A model generated the notes under the pieces. The model saw only the letters and a list, made by a program, of their open reading frames with translations. It was not told where the DNA came from and did not search any database. From Gammaproteobacteria bacterium (GTDB lineage: Bacteria > Pseudomonadota > Gammaproteobacteria > Eutrophobiales > Eutrophobiaceae): a stretch of DNA of 64,000 nucleotides. Of this stretch, positions 62,801 to 64,000 are shown one piece after another. The stretch's first letter is position 1, and every line of letters begins with the position of its first letter. The stretch covers positions 128,001 to 192,000 of the forward strand of contig OZ250183.1 of assembly GCA_965238225.1 (NCBI GenBank). Reading direction: 5' to 3'. A program made the position numbers and the translations under genes.

Positions 62801-64000
62801 GGAGTTTATTTTTCAGCTCAGCCTTTAGGCGAAAAGGGGAAATTGGCCTTTGTTTACCCTGGTTCTGGGAATCATTTTCATGGCATGGGGCGGGATCTTG
62901 GACAAAAATGGCCACAAATTCTAAATCGACTTGATGATGAAAATGATGCACTTGCATCACAGTTTGCTAAGGGTCGTTTCTGGCTACCAGAAACAAACCT
63001 GCCTTTAAGCAGCGAGGATGCAATATTGAGTCAAGTATGGTTGGGCACTTTTGTCAGTGATATTGTCTCGCAATTTAATATCTCTGCAAATGCCATTATT
63101 GGCTACAGTCTGGGAGAAACTGTCGGGCTTTTTTCCACACGCACATGGACAGATAGAGATGAAATGTTGCGAAGGGTTTATGCAACAGATCTGTTCACGG
63201 ACACCCTTGCAGGCTCCTGCAATTCTGTCCGCAAGACATGGAAATTAAAAGACTCAGAAACTGTCAACTGGATAACAGGTGTTATCGATCAAACAACTGA
63301 TAAGGTTAAAAAAACTTTAGCAAACTACCCGCGCGCTTACTTACTCATTACCAACACACCTCATGAGTGTGTTATTGGCGGAGACAAAGACTCTGTTTTT
63401 GAACTAGTTAAAGAATTAAAGTGCAATTTCCATCGCCTATATGCAGTACCTACTGTACATTGCAAAGTCTCTGAACCTGTGAAAAAACCTTATCGCGATC
63501 TACATTTATTTAAAACCAAGCCACCAAAAAATATTTGGTTTTACAGCGGCATTTTGGGCAAGGCATATAACGTGACTCGTGACAGTGCAGCAAATTCTAT
63601 TGCCGAACAAGCCACACAACCCTTCGATTATACAAAGGTTATTCAGTCTGCTTATGAAGATGGCGTGAGACTGTTTATTGAAATGGGTCCAGGGGCAACT
63701 TGTAGTCGAATGATTGATCAGATACTTAAAGGTAAACCTCATGTCGCCAAGGCGATTTGTGTCAAAGATCAAAACAGTGTTGCGAATGTTATACATTGTC
63801 TTGGGTTGCTCATCTCTGAAGGAATTGTTGTTGACCTTCACGCCTTATATCAAACTAAAGAGAATCAAACGGCAACTAAAACACCTTGTATCACTGTTAA
63901 GACTGGCTCATACGGATTTAATATGCCACCTTTTTTGCAACAGAATATACATAATAATAAAAATAACCATGTAATTTTTAACAAAAAACAGTCTGTAGAA
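59840..64000 (+). CDS. PUFA-synthase-like PfaB/C (KS-CLF-AT...), truncated by window end
   Basis: Not in the ORF track, consistent with no stop before the edge. ATG at 59840: MQRVAIVGIGGLFP; in-frame DAACASS (60431), HGTGT, GHLLTAAG; a second KS with VSSEESSG in place of the catalytic Cys; AT motifs FVYPGSG and GYSLGE (63101). Confidence 0.88.
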   Translation, partial: MQRVAIVGIGGLFPRASSAKDSTQTEDHLKTFWKDIQAGLDCSREVPEGRWCIKKEDAWSAELTIDKVNSIRGCFLNPFQLDPTGLDLDEDILAKLDPMFHILLHAGRQAWQDANQERENNKLNKKRVGIIIGNIVLPTDSSSMLADETLGAVFESQLLGNKREGNDKTEPLNRYVAGLPAGVLAKALGFGGGAYTLDAACASSLYALKYATEELIAGRADAMLTGGLSRPDCLYTQMGFSALGAISKTGHCSPFDHKGDGLVVGEGAGILVLKRLEDALRDEDHIYATIAGIGLSNDTGGNLMSPDSEGQLRAMRDAYHQANWSPEDVDLIECHGTGTPIGDAEEIKSLKSLWACVPTNQQNCVIGSVKSNIGHLLTAAGSAGLIKVLLAMKHQQFPPTANFENTPEKIDLSGSPFSILSEAKIWKKRTEQTPRRAAVSAFGFGGTNAHVLLEEWHKTKAIKTSNVAESKPDIAIVGMEAQFGPWKSLTAFKKRLFTNEQNFDAKLPKHWWGIDNPEQIKGWFIDEVNVPLGRYRIPPAELKEILPQQLLMLEVAANALEDAGIKDISKEKSNAAGVFIGIGLDLNTTNFHFRWSLLNLAKTWASKLGLKLTDKELNKWTQSLRDIASPALNANRTMGALGGIVASRIARAFRFGGSSFTVSSEESSGLRALEMGVRALQRGELNTVIVGAVDLAGDVRAALAQHKHRAYSEDTLIGEGAAAFILKRLDDAIDSGDRIYSVIKGIGSANGGGADLIFPTETAYQQSFNNACEDAKTDLKKISLVETHSSGLKQEDAMETMALNTLFGEQEVNHYNAFLVLDNIKTKIGHAGAACGLAAVAKTSLALYYKQLVYHGKVQYWLRDKIDGPRQTAVSVFSVDGNCMHTILEEAAQHSGTDIIKTNEILFAFYAETKKGLFEKIQQLKLLEETAQDIHSLAKHWWLSNLNNKDNKEKKFTAAIIINNNRLVEKLNKLQISIKENKSISAHGVYFSAQPLGEKGKLAFVYPGSGNHFHGMGRDLGQKWPQILNRLDDENDALASQFAKGRFWLPETNLPLSSEDAILSQVWLGTFVSDIVSQFNISANAIIGYSLGETVGLFSTRTWTDRDEMLRRVYATDLFTDTLAGSCNSVRKTWKLKDSETVNWITGVIDQTTDKVKKTLANYPRAYLLITNTPHECVIGGDKDSVFELVKELKCNFHRLYAVPTVHCKVSEPVKKPYRDLHLFKTKPPKNIWFYSGILGKAYNVTRDSAANSIAEQATQPFDYTKVIQSAYEDGVRLFIEMGPGATCSRMIDQILKGKPHVAKAICVKDQNSVANVIHCLGLLISEGIVVDLHALYQTKENQTATKTPCITVKTGSYGFNMPPFLQQNIHNNKNNHVIFNKKQSVE

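Overview
Chromosomal segment of a fairly AT-rich Gammaproteobacterium (lineage inferred from gene content and order). About two thirds is core housekeeping DNA: ubiI(partial)-ubiH-pepP, TIGR02449-zapA-6S RNA, ilvA/rpiA, hemF, hisBH, purD-purH-fis, accCB-aroQ, tlpA-dsbD-cutA, fxsA-groESL with two CIRCE boxes, yggT-proC-yggS, pilT-pilU-pilU2, pyrK-pyrC'-pyrB-pyrR-ruvX-tonB-like-gshB and hemCDXY. The last 20 kb holds a PUFA-synthase-like iterative PKS in pfaD-pfaA-pfaBC order; the pfaBC ORF starts at 59840, runs off the window and is absent from the ORF track. This cluster is split by about 7.5 kb of opposite-strand genes: Fic, pentapeptide-repeat, glycine-rich-domain-like and an RND pump. The Fic gene is bracketed by an exact 140-bp direct repeat of the pfaA 3' end, and the second copy is fused in frame to a new RBS+ATG, giving a 53-aa mini-ORF. 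Other notable items: an AT-rich restriction-modification insert with an intact methyltransferase-specificity fusion and a broken nuclease; decayed mobile remnants after groEL; and several operon genes (dusB, yqgE, ygfB, possibly ygfA) apparently reduced to N- and C-terminal stubs. No integrase, transposase, tRNA, rRNA or CRISPR array was seen. All family assignments come from motif recognition by eye, not database searches.
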